Assembly: GCA_016699105.1 (NCBI GenBank)
Contig: CP064960.1
Location: forward strand, 136,727 to 200,726
Source of the DNA: a bacterium
GTDB lineage: Bacteria > Patescibacteriota > Saccharimonadia > UBA4664
Reading direction: 5' to 3'
Length of the DNA stretch: 64,000 nt
Of this stretch, positions 1 to 10,124 are shown piece by piece. Position 1 is the stretch's first letter; the number at the start of each line of letters is the position of its first letter. The position numbers were made by a program, and so were the translations under genes. The notes under the pieces were generated by a model, which ran no database searches, had not been told where the DNA came from, and was given only the letters and a program-made list of their open reading frames with translations.

Positions 1-1655
1 ACTGGCAGCGGTGTGGGTGAGGTTGAGGCCGGATGGTAGGGCATATTGGTAAACGCGGTGTTGAGTGTTTGCCAGATTGGTTTAGTAGTATAGGGCAAGG
101 CATCTTCGGCATAGTACCAATAGAAGTAACCTCCTATATAATACGGCAAATTGATATTGAGGCTGTAGTAATAATTTGCAATGTCTTGGGCTTTGGACAG
201 TGTATTGGCAGTAGCCGGGTTGGGCAAACCAATTTCGCCAAACCCAAGTTTGGAATTGGGAAATATGGCGTGAAGCTGTTGCATGAGCGTGGTGACGACG
301 GCGGCAGTGGGCCGGTAATTGTTGCACTGGGTTTCATAGTAGCTATTGGTGACATAGGTGAGCCCTGATTTGACGTCGCTGGGTAAGTATTGATTCGCAA
401 AACTGACGGGGTCGAGCTCGCGGGCTGAACCGGCGCAGCCTGGGTTGTACCACAGTGTTAATTCGCTGCGTTTACCGGCGGCGGCCACTTGATGATAAGC
501 GTCAGTGATTTTGGCAGCCACATCGGTATATGGCCCGGTCCAATCGCCGTTAACCTCATTGCCGATTTCCCAGATGTCGATTTTGGTGCCGAAGGCTGCC
601 AAAAAACTGGCCGTACGGTCGTGATATTGTTGGACGGTTTGAGCGGCCATATACTCAGAATCGCTGAGCTCACCTAAAAGATAGGTATACGGCTGGAGGG
701 CATTGACGGCCGTCGTGTAGTCTGACGGCGTGGTGTTTTCATCAAAGACGATACGGGTAGTCGGCAGGTGACTGAAGTGTTGTGACGAGGCTATGATAGC
801 AGCCGTATTACTGACGTCGTCGGCCGTCACTCCATAGAGTGGATCTGGAACAGCGCGCATACCGGCCGGTGTGCCGGGAGTGGTGGTTGGGGCCGTGCTG
901 GGTGTAGGGGTTGGAGTAGACGCCGACAGAGTTCCGGCCGAAATGTTGGTAAATTGGACGCGGGCATCTTCGTTGTACAAACCAATTTTGCCACTGGTAT
1001 AGGGTCGCTCGGTGTCGGTAAAGCTTGTGATCTGGGTGCCATCGACCGACACAGTGATGGTATTGACGGCGTCTTGGGTTATGACGATGTCATGCCACGA
1101 CGCTATATCAAACACGGTTTGACTACCAGTCTGCAAAAATCGTTGGGCACCAGGATAGGCTGGATCTTCTTTGCCGAGTTCCCAGCCGTTGGGCTTGAGC
1201 GTGAAATAATAAAAGTGGGTATTGTCGGTATAGTTCCAGATGACCCAGGCAGTTTCCCAGGCATTTGGCGCTGTCCCCGTGCGGAGTTGGGTGACGGTGC
1301 GCATTTTGGTGTCTAAGCGCATGGCTCCGGTCAAGGCCGGACCTGTTACCAGCGAAGCATGCGTTTCACTGGCACCTGCGGCTACTTGGGATGCCTCTTC
1401 GAGCCACGACATCGTAGCGTCACTGCCGACTTTAACACAGCCGCCACCGGCATAGACGACGTTCCATTGACCGAGCGCTGTGCCGTCAGCTAGACAAGTA
1501 CCGGTTGCGTAACTAGAGAAGTTGTCCGAAAATACCGTGCTGGCTCGTGAATACAGGGTGATCGTGACGCCTGCTGCTACGACAATCGCCATCACGGCTA
1601 AGGCAAGCCATTTATTGATGCGCGGTACCGCTGTGAGTCGCCGTTTAGTTGCCAA
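1..1655 (-). CDS. Secreted/membrane-anchored glycoside hydrolase (clan GH-A, GH26/mannanase-like) with N-terminal signal anchor and LamG/ConA-like domain; C-terminus runs off window start
   Basis: Hand translation of the minus strand gives a continuous frame. It reads: TTG start ~1655, 'KRRLTAVPRINKWLALAVMAIVVAAGV' TM helix, a LamG-like segment ('WETAWVIWNYTDNTHFYYFTLKPNGWELGKEDP..ITVSVDGTQITSF..GKIGLYNEDARVQF'), a PT linker 'STPTPTPSTAPTTTPGTP', then a catalytic region with 'IDIWEIGNEVNGDW'. The E-x-N-G-x-W motif resembles the GH26 acid/base signature. The ORF tracker does not list it because it is truncated by the window edge. Confidence 0.5.
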   Translation of the reverse strand, partial: MATKRRLTAVPRINKWLALAVMAIVVAAGVTITLYSRASTVFSDNFSSYATGTCLADGTALGQWNVVYAGGGCVKVGSDATMSWLEEASQVAAGASETHASLVTGPALTGAMRLDTKMRTVTQLRTGTAPNAWETAWVIWNYTDNTHFYYFTLKPNGWELGKEDPAYPGAQRFLQTGSQTVFDIASWHDIVITQDAVNTITVSVDGTQITSFTDTERPYTSGKIGLYNEDARVQFTNISAGTLSASTPTPTPSTAPTTTPGTPAGMRAVPDPLYGVTADDVSNTAAIIASSQHFSHLPTTRIVFDENTTPSDYTTAVNALQPYTYLLGELSDSEYMAAQTVQQYHDRTASFLAAFGTKIDIWEIGNEVNGDWTGPYTDVAAKITDAYHQVAAAGKRSELTLWYNPGCAGSARELDPVSFANQYLPSDVKSGLTYVTNSYYETQCNNYRPTAAVVTTLMQQLHAIFPNSKLGFGEIGLPNPATANTLSKAQDIANYYYSLNINLPYYIGGYFYWYYAEDALPYTTKPIWQTLNTAFTNMPYHPASTSPTPLP

Positions 1656-2991
1656 AGATTATTTGTCCTCGACGCGGGCCGTTGCCGGAGGGGTATTGTC
1701 GGGCGCTGGTGGCAGTATTGCCGTTGCCGCCTGACCCGTAATCGTCAGCCCAGACGTTGCCGCTCGCCACATTGCCATCGCTGCCCCAGGTGGCTTGGGC
1801 GGCCACGGGGCCGAAATTACCACCATTGGTCCACCATTGCGTCGTAATTTTGTTGCCCAAGAATCGAACGTTTTTGGCTCCTGGCCGTTCGCCCGCAGCA
1901 TAGAGGACATAACCGGAACCACCAAGGTAGTTGTTTTCGACCAACACATCATTGTAGGAACCGCCATTTGAACCAAATAACGCAATGCAGTCGGTTTGAG
2001 TCGTTATGTGGCCACCATCATCGGGGCTCGGTACAGTTATGTGATTGCGTAAGATTTTGAAGCGGGTTGGGGTGACATTACTCATGCCTTCAGACGAGAT
2101 ACCGTTCAGGTGATAGGTGCAACTGCCACCGGTACCACAGGGTCCATTTTCGCCGTAGTAAAAAATAATCTTATCGATATAATTTTCGGTTATTTCTACA
2201 CCGGGAGCATTTGGTTGAATGCCGGTGGCTTCGAGGCTGATATATGTGCGTAACACCCGATGGTCCTGGCCGCCCAGGAATTTCATGGCTACGTCACTGG
2301 CTTGATTGTCGGCAGCGCCGGTCGAGCCGATGTCACTGTAATGGACATAGACTGAGTAGTTTGTGGCTGTCGAATCATTGAATAAGCCGGCGCCACTGAG
2401 TTTTTGCCGCGAACGGACGCCTCGGAACAGGAATTTTCCGGGAGTGCCTGATACGTAGAAGTCAGCTGCGCTCAAGTCGCGAAATTGGACGACTTTGGTG
2501 CCTGCCGGGACAAGATAGCCGTCGATGGTAGTGTCGGCGGCCAGTGTGCCGCCATGGTTGGACGGCGAATTATTGTAAACGTAATTGCCGGTCGGTACGA
2601 ATTCATCGGGGGCATCAAACCGGAAATAACCACGAGACGGCGCCGCCACCGATTGGAGTTGTTCCTGACCTTTGGATACACCCTGCAGGGTCCACGGGCC
2701 AACATGGGTGAGGGTGAGTTGATCGCCATGGCTGATTGCGCCAGTCCCGGGCGAAGACGTTGGCGCAGGTGTTGGTGTGTTGGCAGTGCTTGTCGTAAAT
2801 GTAACGACACCACTACCGCTGGCTCCAGTGACAGATTGGGCGGTGGCGCCATTTGATAGACTGCCGGTTTCGGGTTCAAAAGCGGCTGTTGGACCGGCGG
2901 CACGAGTGTACACAATGGCGGCGATACCTAAAACGAGCGCTCCCGCCATTAATGGGGCGGCTTGGCGGATGGATGGCTTGGTCATTATCAT
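1645..2991 (-). CDS. Array paralog G1: conserved N-terminal anchor module + PT linker + large C-terminal domain (beta-helix-like repeats near C-terminus)
   Basis: 448-aa ORF. N-terminus is TM 'LMAGALVLGIAAIVYTRAAGPTAAFEPETGSLSNGATAQSVTGASGSGVVTF', then 'TPTPAPTSSPGTG'. C-terminus has 'ENNYLGGSGYVL..LGNKITTQWW' repeats. Confidence 0.6.
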   Translation of the reverse strand: MIMTKPSIRQAAPLMAGALVLGIAAIVYTRAAGPTAAFEPETGSLSNGATAQSVTGASGSGVVTFTTSTANTPTPAPTSSPGTGAISHGDQLTLTHVGPWTLQGVSKGQEQLQSVAAPSRGYFRFDAPDEFVPTGNYVYNNSPSNHGGTLAADTTIDGYLVPAGTKVVQFRDLSAADFYVSGTPGKFLFRGVRSRQKLSGAGLFNDSTATNYSVYVHYSDIGSTGAADNQASDVAMKFLGGQDHRVLRTYISLEATGIQPNAPGVEITENYIDKIIFYYGENGPCGTGGSCTYHLNGISSEGMSNVTPTRFKILRNHITVPSPDDGGHITTQTDCIALFGSNGGSYNDVLVENNYLGGSGYVLYAAGERPGAKNVRFLGNKITTQWWTNGGNFGPVAAQATWGSDGNVASGNVWADDYGSGGNGNTATSARQYPSGNGPRRGQIIFGN

Positions 2992-4046
2992 AATGCTGTG
3001 CCGTCACTCCATTTGTTGTTTGACCAGACACTATTGGCGGGCGCTGTGCCACTAACGTCGTGGTAATAGTTGGTTTCCGGACCGTAAGCACCACATTTGT
3101 TGTTGCTACCACGCTGGAAGATGTTGTTGGTAACCGTGAGGTGATGGGCTTGCGGACCGTAGGGTTTGGTGTCATGGCCCGCGTACAGACAGTAAGCTAA
3201 CCCGGTATTGGCGGTGAGCAATGATTTGTTGAGCGTGGCATAACTGATGGGACCGAAATCACCAAACCACGATACATCACCTGAGCAACCACCCCCGGTA
3301 CCATTAGTGGGTACGTTACAGGAGACTGTTGAATGTTCGATGAGATAGTCGGAACCACCATTCGAGATGAAACCATTGTTGTGCGTAGCACCTTGGACAT
3401 AGGGGTCATGGAGGTAAGAATCGTAAATTTTACAATTTGTCGAGCAGAGCACGTTATGTTGGCCACCTCTGATATCGCTCCGAATGACCGTGATGTTTTT
3501 ATAAGTGACAGCCCCATATGTCACTGACCCGGCATCCACTTCGCTGTCTTGAATCGTTACCGAACCATGAAAAGCGTCAGTGTCGTCGTTGTAGACGACA
3601 GTATTGACGCGGCTGTTTTTGATGACGACATTGGTGGCATTTTGGCCGATATCGAGCCGGTCGCAGTTGTTGACGATTTTAGCGTCGATGATCGTATTGG
3701 CGGCCGTGATGGTACAAGGACCTGTATAGGCGGTGAGGGTGACTCCCGCGGGCACGCCAGTATTAGCTGGTCCTGGCCAGCAGCCGCCCATGCCGTCGGA
3801 GCCATCAGGAATGTGTAACGTTGAGCTAGCACATGCCGTGGGCGAGGTGCTCGGTACGGGTGTCGGGGTGGGAGTTGCACCCGTGCCAAATTTGACGACG
3901 CCACTGCCGGAAGCGCCCGAAATGCTAGCAGTACTAGCGCCGGCGGACAAGGTACCAGTTTCCGGTTCAAAAGCTGCCAGCGGTCCGGCCGCTAGCGAAC
4001 GGGTGACGACATAACCCAATACCATTACTGCGCCCATGACAGCCAA
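2988..4046 (-). CDS. Array paralog G2: N-terminal anchor module + right-handed beta-helix (pectate-lyase-fold) polysaccharide-active enzyme
   Basis: Module 'VMVLGYVVTRSLAAGPLAAFEPETGTLSAGASTASISGASGSGVVKFGTGATPTPTPVP'. It is followed by a Cys-containing 'GGCWPGPANTGVPAGVTLTAYTGPCTITAANTIID' and repeated N-x-x-N/V-x-x-N beta-helix rungs. The TTG start at 4046 lies just downstream of an in-frame TGA that cuts off the 'SRYSWIKLRV' tail conserved in the paralogs. Confidence 0.65.
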   Translation of the reverse strand: MAVMGAVMVLGYVVTRSLAAGPLAAFEPETGTLSAGASTASISGASGSGVVKFGTGATPTPTPVPSTSPTACASSTLHIPDGSDGMGGCWPGPANTGVPAGVTLTAYTGPCTITAANTIIDAKIVNNCDRLDIGQNATNVVIKNSRVNTVVYNDDTDAFHGSVTIQDSEVDAGSVTYGAVTYKNITVIRSDIRGGQHNVLCSTNCKIYDSYLHDPYVQGATHNNGFISNGGSDYLIEHSTVSCNVPTNGTGGGCSGDVSWFGDFGPISYATLNKSLLTANTGLAYCLYAGHDTKPYGPQAHHLTVTNNIFQRGSNNKCGAYGPETNYYHDVSGTAPANSVWSNNKWSDGTAL

Positions 4047-4116
4047 TACGCGTAATTTAATCCAAGAATATCGCGAGAGAGGAGATCAAGCTTATAAGTG
4101 GCATGATCGAATAGTT

Positions 4117-5367
4117 TTATGGTGTTTCCATAGTTGCTAGCCAGGAACCATACGGATAATCAGTGTCATTCTTGAAGAGCAGGCCGTCGTCCCACATGTT
4201 GCCTTTGAAGACAAAGCCGGCTTTGGCGTCGTTGTACGAATCTATGACCCCGTAGCCACCACAGGTGTAGCGGCGCTTGTCGGTAACGGCAATGGTAGTG
4301 CGGTCATTGGTACGAGTACCTCGTTGGAAGACGTTGTTGGTCGACTTGATATTGGTAGCATTGAGCGGGTCATTGTTGTAGGGTTTGCCAGGGTTATCAC
4401 CGCCATAGGAACAGTATCCACCGGTGGTTGCCATATAGAAGTTTTTATCGAAGGTATTGTCGTGGATCGGCGAGAAGTCCGGGTAGCCAGTCTGGTTAGC
4501 GGAACAGCCGGCGTCAGGCGGAAAATCTGGAGCATTACACCAGAAGGTGTTGTGGCGCAAAGTGGCATAGGCTTCAACGCGGGCGGATGATTCATGCGTC
4601 ACACCTGTAGGGTCGCTCAATTGATCGTGAAGGTAGGAATCTTGCAACGTACAATGGTCGCACCACACTTGACGTTTGCCGCCATACATATTGGCGCGAG
4701 TGACCGTGTAGTTGGAGCCTTTGAGACCTTCGCCATTGATATTGTTTCCGAAGTTGATTTCACTATCTTCCATGGTTAATGAACCGCTATCCACGCCGAT
4801 GTTGCTGGCAGTAATTTTGGATTTTCTAATGATGACATTCGCTGCTTGAATTGATAGGTCACAATTAATGGTTTTGGAGTCGATGACGGTATTGGCGGCC
4901 GTGATGGTGCAGCTACCAGTGTAGGCGGACAGCGTCGTACCAGTCGGTATGCCGGTGTTGCCGGGACCAGGGAAGCAGCCACCCCAAGGATCGGGGCCAC
5001 CAGGGACGAACACTTGGTGCCGGCCGGGTAACCACTATTGGTGCGGTTGGTGACATCAGCGGCCGTAATGGTGCGTTTGGTTTGCGGACAGCCTCCAGCA
5101 ACGGGAGTTGCAGTAGGCGTAGGGTGGTGGAGTAGTGGCATTGAATCGCACAACGCCCAAACCACTGGCGCCAGTCACGCTCGCAACAGTGGCACCGGCC
5201 GACAATGTACCAGATTCGGGTTCGAAGGCAGCCGTGGGACCGGCGGCAAATGACGGAAGGGTAACCACATAGCCAAGGATAGCGACGGCTCCGATGACGG
5301 CAACTGCCCTGAGTTTAAACCAAGAGATTCGTGATAAGGAAACGAGGCGAGTGGCCGGCACTGGCAT
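4117..5367 (-). CDS. Array paralog G3 (beta-helix enzyme) interrupted by two closely spaced frameshifts
   Basis: The N-module ORF 5056..5367 ('SRISWFKLRAVAVIGAVAILGYVVTLPSFAAGPTAAFEPESGTLSAGATVASVTGASGLGVVRF') ends in the PT linker. The beta-helix body 4117..5013 starts 'GGPDPWGGCFPGPGNTGIPTGTTLSAYTGSCTITAANTVID'. A third frame (4776..5165) bridges the two, so there are two indels around ~5015–5100. Confidence 0.45.
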
Positions 5368-5401
5368 AACCTTTTTGTTAGTTCAAATAATAGCACAGGA
5401 G

Positions 5402-6514
5402 TTATTGCTGCTGATAGATACGCAGGTAATCAACTTCCAATTGACGGGTAAGGTCAAGACTGGGCAGGGTGAGACCCCAACTGCGCTCCCAATTGTTGTC
5501 CACCATCATGTGCAAAATAATCTGCATGGGGCCGTTTTCGATGGTGGAGCTATTGCCGTTGAACTGCCCGCATTTGACGCCGTTGATATACCAGGCAATG
5601 TAGGTGGGTTGCCAGTCCACGCCAAAACGGACAAAGTCAGTGGAATAGTCTTTGACGGCACAGGCGCCATTATTATTGTCACCGTTGTTGAGCGCATAAG
5701 ACTGCCCGCGGTCGTTGTAGTGATAGGTCATAAAGATGGTATCGGGATCGCCACCGAGGATTTCAACGATATCAATCTCGCTCCGATAGCTAAAGCTCGT
5801 ATCTGTGGGTAGCATCCAAAAAGCGGTGAAAAAGCCGGAAGTGGCGGGGTACTTCATGCGCGATTCGACGTAGCCGTAAGTAAAAGGAAACAAATACGGC
5901 GAACCATTGTCGGCGCGGGGACGAGCGGTCGAAACTAAGCCAGCTTTGTAGTTGCAGCTACCTTGATAGCAGCCAGTGCTGGCATACGGGGGCGAAAGTG
6001 GCTCAGCCACCAGTTTGGCGGTGCCGTTTGATAACCTGACTTGGCTGGGCATGTAGCGCTCACGGCCCTGGTTGAAGGTGCCAGTGCAATCGCCATAGTT
6101 CCAATCGAAACAAGGCGAGAGTTTGGTGGTATCGAGCGTAGTGCCACTAAATTCTTCTGAGTAAGACACTTTCCATGACTTACCACTGGCGGCGGGGGCT
6201 GGAGGTGCCGGATAACAATTGGGCGAGGTGCCAATTTCACCACTGGCGCAGGCTGTGGGAGTAGGCGTCGGTACGGGAGTAGTGGCGGCGGCAAATTTGA
6301 CAACACCCGAGCCGCTGGCACCAGTAACCGATTGCGTAGTAGCTCCGCCAGACAGACTGCCAGTTTCGGGTTCAAACATGGCTAGTGGGCCGGCGGCGCG
6401 GGTCATGACAACGGCTGCCGTGCCTATGATAGCTACGGCCACAATCACGAGCCCAGACTGGCGGCGGGAAAGGCGACTGAGTTTCGTGAGATGGGTAGTG
6501 GTAATTTTTGACAT
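5402..6514 (-). CDS. Array paralog G4: N-terminal anchor module + GH16 family beta-glucanase/laminarinase-like domain
   Basis: The module 'AAGPLAMFEPETGSLSGGATTQSVTGASGSGVVKF' is followed by 'TPVPTPTPTACASG'. The GH16 catalytic motif 'SEIDIVEILGG' (E-I-D-I-V-E) is present. Other GH16 hallmarks are 'YGYVESRMKYPATSGFFTAFWMLP' and the C-terminal 'VDYLRIYQ'. Confidence 0.7.
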   Translation of the reverse strand: MSKITTTHLTKLSRLSRRQSGLVIVAVAIIGTAAVVMTRAAGPLAMFEPETGSLSGGATTQSVTGASGSGVVKFAAATTPVPTPTPTACASGEIGTSPNCYPAPPAPAASGKSWKVSYSEEFSGTTLDTTKLSPCFDWNYGDCTGTFNQGRERYMPSQVRLSNGTAKLVAEPLSPPYASTGCYQGSCNYKAGLVSTARPRADNGSPYLFPFTYGYVESRMKYPATSGFFTAFWMLPTDTSFSYRSEIDIVEILGGDPDTIFMTYHYNDRGQSYALNNGDNNNGACAVKDYSTDFVRFGVDWQPTYIAWYINGVKCGQFNGNSSTIENGPMQIILHMMVDNNWERSWGLTLPSLDLTRQLEVDYLRIYQQQ

Positions 6515-6517
6515 AAG

Positions 6518-7702
6518 TTAGTTTGGGGATACCGTGGCGCCATTATCATATTTGTTGTTAGTCCAGACATTGCCAGTGCGGCCGGAAATATAATCGGTGA
6601 CGGCGCCATAATATCCACATTTACCCGTGGTGCCACGTTGGAAAATATTGTTTGTGAATACAATGTAGGTGGCATTGGTGGGATCGTTGCTGTAGGGCTT
6701 GCCTGCGGTGCCACCGCCATAGACGCAGAACCCATTGCCTGGATTGGCCAGAAACAAGTTTTGGTCGATAGTGGCATTTTTAATTGGCGCAAAATCAGGA
6801 TAACCTGTCAGATCGGCTGAACAACCAAGCTCATCGTTCGGGAATGGCCCATTATAATCGCAGCCGAGAGCATTGTGGCGTAGCGTGAGGTATTGTTCGC
6901 TGCGCACACCTGAGGCATGGGCTAAGTTTGTTTGGTCGGGCCAGAGGTTGGTGCCGTGCATATAACTGTCCTGAATAGTGCAGGTATTACCGCAATAGGC
7001 CGACCGGTTGGTGTGCGTGATCTCAGTGCGCAGGATAGTAAAGTTCTCATACCCTACACCGCATTCGACGGTGCCGTTATTGGGATCACCACAGGCATAT
7101 AGACCGGCCGCGCAGGAAGTCGGACCACTACAGGCTGGCCGCTGGACGGCGTTGTCGATCTGCGAATCCTGAATCGTAAATGAGGCCGAACCACTGTTTT
7201 GAATGACCCCACCCTTGAGATAGGAATTTTTAATCATCAGGCCAGAGGCGCCGGTGCCCACGACCAGCGGACTACAATTAACAATTTTGGAATCAATGAT
7301 GGTGTTCGCAGCCGACACGGTGCATGATCCTGTGTAGGTTGACATCGAAGATTCCGGGGCGTTGGGACCAGTATTGCTTGGACCCGGCCAACAGCCGCCA
7401 AACGGGTCTGGTCCATCTGGTACATTGGAAATAGTGGTGGCGCATGAACCAGCAGTAGGCGATGGAGTCGGTGTAGCCGAAGCTGCGAACTTGATAACGC
7501 CACCACCACTAGCACCAGTAACCGATTGCGTATTGGCTCCGCCAGACAGACTGCCGGTTTCGGGTTCGAAGGCAGCTAGTGGGCCAGCGCCTTTGGCCAA
7601 CAAGACCGTAACGATACCGAGTAGAACAACCACAATTACCACGAGCATCATCTGGTGGCGGTTAAATCGAGGTTGGTAGATCATGGTGATATTTTTTGTC
7701 AC
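6518..7702 (-). CDS. Array paralog G5: N-terminal anchor module + right-handed beta-helix enzyme
   Basis: Module 'KGAGPLAAFEPETGSLSGGANTQSVTGASGGGVIKFAASATPTPSPT'. It is followed by 'GGCWPGPSNTGPNAPESSMSTYTGSCTVSAANTIIDSKIVN' and beta-helix rungs. Its C-terminal half is homologous to G3. Confidence 0.65.
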   Translation of the reverse strand: MTKNITMIYQPRFNRHQMMLVVIVVVLLGIVTVLLAKGAGPLAAFEPETGSLSGGANTQSVTGASGGGVIKFAASATPTPSPTAGSCATTISNVPDGPDPFGGCWPGPSNTGPNAPESSMSTYTGSCTVSAANTIIDSKIVNCSPLVVGTGASGLMIKNSYLKGGVIQNSGSASFTIQDSQIDNAVQRPACSGPTSCAAGLYACGDPNNGTVECGVGYENFTILRTEITHTNRSAYCGNTCTIQDSYMHGTNLWPDQTNLAHASGVRSEQYLTLRHNALGCDYNGPFPNDELGCSADLTGYPDFAPIKNATIDQNLFLANPGNGFCVYGGGTAGKPYSNDPTNATYIVFTNNIFQRGTTGKCGYYGAVTDYISGRTGNVWTNNKYDNGATVSPN

Positions 7703-7713
7703 GTTGGCTAATC

Positions 7714-9026
7714 CTAGTATTGGTTGATACCCATATCTTTGCCATCTGAGGCGGCGTTGCGACCCGGTGAGGCAGTGTTGAGTAAATAACCCAGCCAGGT
7801 ATTGACGGGACCAACATATGAAGGTGTACCAGTGATACTGCCGGTACCCTGGGCGCTACCAGAAGTAAACAGATTGTTAGTGCTGGTAAAGCCGACATTA
7901 TTGCCACCGCCGCCATTACCAATACCTGCCAGGATATTATTGCGAATAATGGTTGTACAAGCGCCACAAGCCGACTTGGAACCAAGTCCTATAGTGTCAT
8001 TTACGAATGTATTGTGCTGGATGATGGAGCCAGAGTCGTGATACCAGGTCATAGCTTCGCCGTGATTTCCAGGAGTGAAAACGTTGTACTCAACGAGATT
8101 GTTGCTCGAGCCATCAGCCATCATGATACCGGCTGCCACATTGCCATTGGGTCCGCCCCGCCGCCGATGAAAAGATTTCCACGAATCGTGACACCTGTTC
8201 CGCCGTAGATTTGGATGGGGTCAGAATGGTAAGGATCTTGATCGAGGATGTTAGTAAAGGTGTTGCCTTCGATAATGACACCGTCGGCATCAGCCCTGAT
8301 GCCGTCAGAATTGCCACCATCGAATAGTGAATTGCGAATCGTGATGCTATTGGTACCGCCCGTGCCCGATACATGTACTCGTCCCGCAACGCAGCTGCTA
8401 CAGGTATTGATATTGACGTGAGTATTGTGATCAAGAAGTAGGTTGTGCCCGGCGGCCGATTCAATATATACAAGATTGGTAAAAGCGGAATTTTTAATGG
8501 TGATGTTGCTGGAAGTTCCAGTGATATCGCCGCCACCAATAGTGAGTCCGTCCAAAGTAAAGCCACTGTCCCCATTGCCAAAACTAATACTCATGACTGG
8601 CGAGGCGCCAGATTGTTTGGTGATGGTAATGGCTTTACTGACCCCGGTAAACTCGCCGTAATTGCCACTGGCCAAGCAGACTACTTGTCCGGCGGTAGCC
8701 GCCGAGACGACGCCGGCAAAGGTGCTGGTTGTGGCATTGGTGGTGCAAGTGATGGGTGCGGCGGTGGGGGTGGGAGTTGGCGAGGAAGTAGTGCCTGCAC
8801 CAAACCGGACGATGCCAGTGCCGCTGGCGCCGCTGATCGACTGGACAACAGCGCCAGCCGAAAGCGTGCCAGTCTCGGGTTCGAAGGCGGCCGTGGGACC
8901 GGCAGCAAAACTGCGAGTGACAACATAGCCTAGCACCATGACAGCACCTACTACTGCCATGGCTCGGAATTTAACCCAGGAATTAGAGCCGAGATTTACG
9001 AGCCGGGTATTGTGCTTTATAAGCAT
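7714..9026 (-). CDS. Array paralog G6: N-terminal anchor module + beta-helix enzyme; one apparent -1 frameshift at ~8150 in a G/C run
   Basis: ORF 8121..9026 carries the module 'NSWVKFRAMAVVGAVMVLGYVVTRSFAAGPTAAFEPETGTLSAGAVVQSISGASGTGIVRF'. ORF 7714..8139 continues the beta-helix ('NLVEYNVFTPGNHGEAMTWYHDSGSIIQHNTF'). The two join at 'ggcggcggggcgg'. Confidence 0.55.
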
Positions 9027-9044
9027 AAGTGGTTCCTAAGTGTA

Positions 9045-10099
9045 TTAATCATGCACTTGAGGTGCTGGTATGGCAAGTCCGGTGTCCTCCCAGACATTAC
9101 CCGAGTAAGCGGAAAGTGTTGATTTGGTGGATAAAAGCACCGTGCAGCCGCCAAAACCTTGGTGTCGGCCGAATTTGTTGCCGGTAATACTGACTCCGGT
9201 GAGGTTCGATAACACTTTGTGCGCCACATTGATGGTGCAACCACCACCGTCGAGCCAGTTATTCGTAATCTGAATATTACTACATGCCTGACCAGCGTCT
9301 TGGGTAATCTGGTAAGCGGCATTACTACCTGACGAATTGGCGAGGTCGATGGTGGTGCCAGTGATGAGAATATTGGCATTACATTCGTAACTTTGGACAC
9401 CGTCATTGTGCGTCTCTCCCCGCCCTGGTTGGGATCGGAAGCAAAGTAAGCTAGGTCATGAATGTATGAATCGCGAATCGTGACGTTGTCGTAGGCCTTG
9501 ACGCCGTCAACGGCGCCGTGAATATTGGCGCGGAGAATCGTGCTATTGGAAGCCCAAATGCCATCCATACAGGCGGTGGCATTGCTGGGGGCAATTTCGG
9601 AATCTTGGAAGGTAAAGTTGGTGGCCGATTCCATGACCCAGAGCGGGGCGGAATTTTGGGCGTTACTGGATGTGCAGGGTTTGGTTCCTCCCCGAATAAT
9701 GGAATTTTTGATAGTAATGTTGGCACCATTGACGCGCACATATCCCCTAATGTCGAGACCAGAAATAACTTGGCCGTTGGTAGAGTAGGTCTGGTCGCCA
9801 TTGACGACGGTGAGCGATGTGCCAGCTGGAATGCCGGTGTTACTGGCTCCGGGTTTGCCACCGGGAGTGGGTGTAGCCGTGGGCGCCGGCGTTGGGCTCG
9901 GTGTGGAGATGGCAAATTTGACGACCCCACTGCCGGAAGCGCCGGATGCTGTCTGGACGGTGGCACTACCGGACAAGATACCAGTTTCGGGTTCGAAGGC
10001 GGCCAGGGGTCCGGCGGCCAGTGACCGCATCACAACGTAGCCTAAGATTGTGACTGCTCCGATGACGACGGCTAAGCGGGGTAAGTTTAACGTGCGCAT
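9045..10099 (-). CDS. Array paralog G7: N-terminal anchor module + beta-helix enzyme; apparent frameshift at ~9425 in 'ctccccgccc'
   Basis: N-terminus is 'LAVVIGAVTILGYVVMRSLAAGPLAAFEPETGILSGSATVQTASGASGSGVVKF'. After ~9425 the 9017..10099 frame becomes implausible. The beta-helix continues in frame 9045..9227 ('HKVLSNLTGVSITGNKF...'). Confidence 0.55.
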
Positions 10100-10124
10100 G
10101 CGTGATTGCCTTTATGCATAAAAA

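Noticed and set aside
2880-2900. Declaring the FEPETG motif a bona fide sortase signal
   Set aside because: The topology is inverted relative to LPXTG substrates, and position 1 is Glu not Leu. It is retained only as a hypothesis for a processing/recognition site.
3733-4014. Plus-strand tracker ORFs across the array rich in P/T/G/V (e.g. 3733..4014, 6219..6521, 7362..7679, 8662..8928, 9801..10040, 10951..11199, 12126..12446)
   Set aside because: They are antisense shadows of the minus-strand module/PT-linker codons (GC-rich, no stops by chance). Each overlaps a much longer, homology-supported minus-strand gene.
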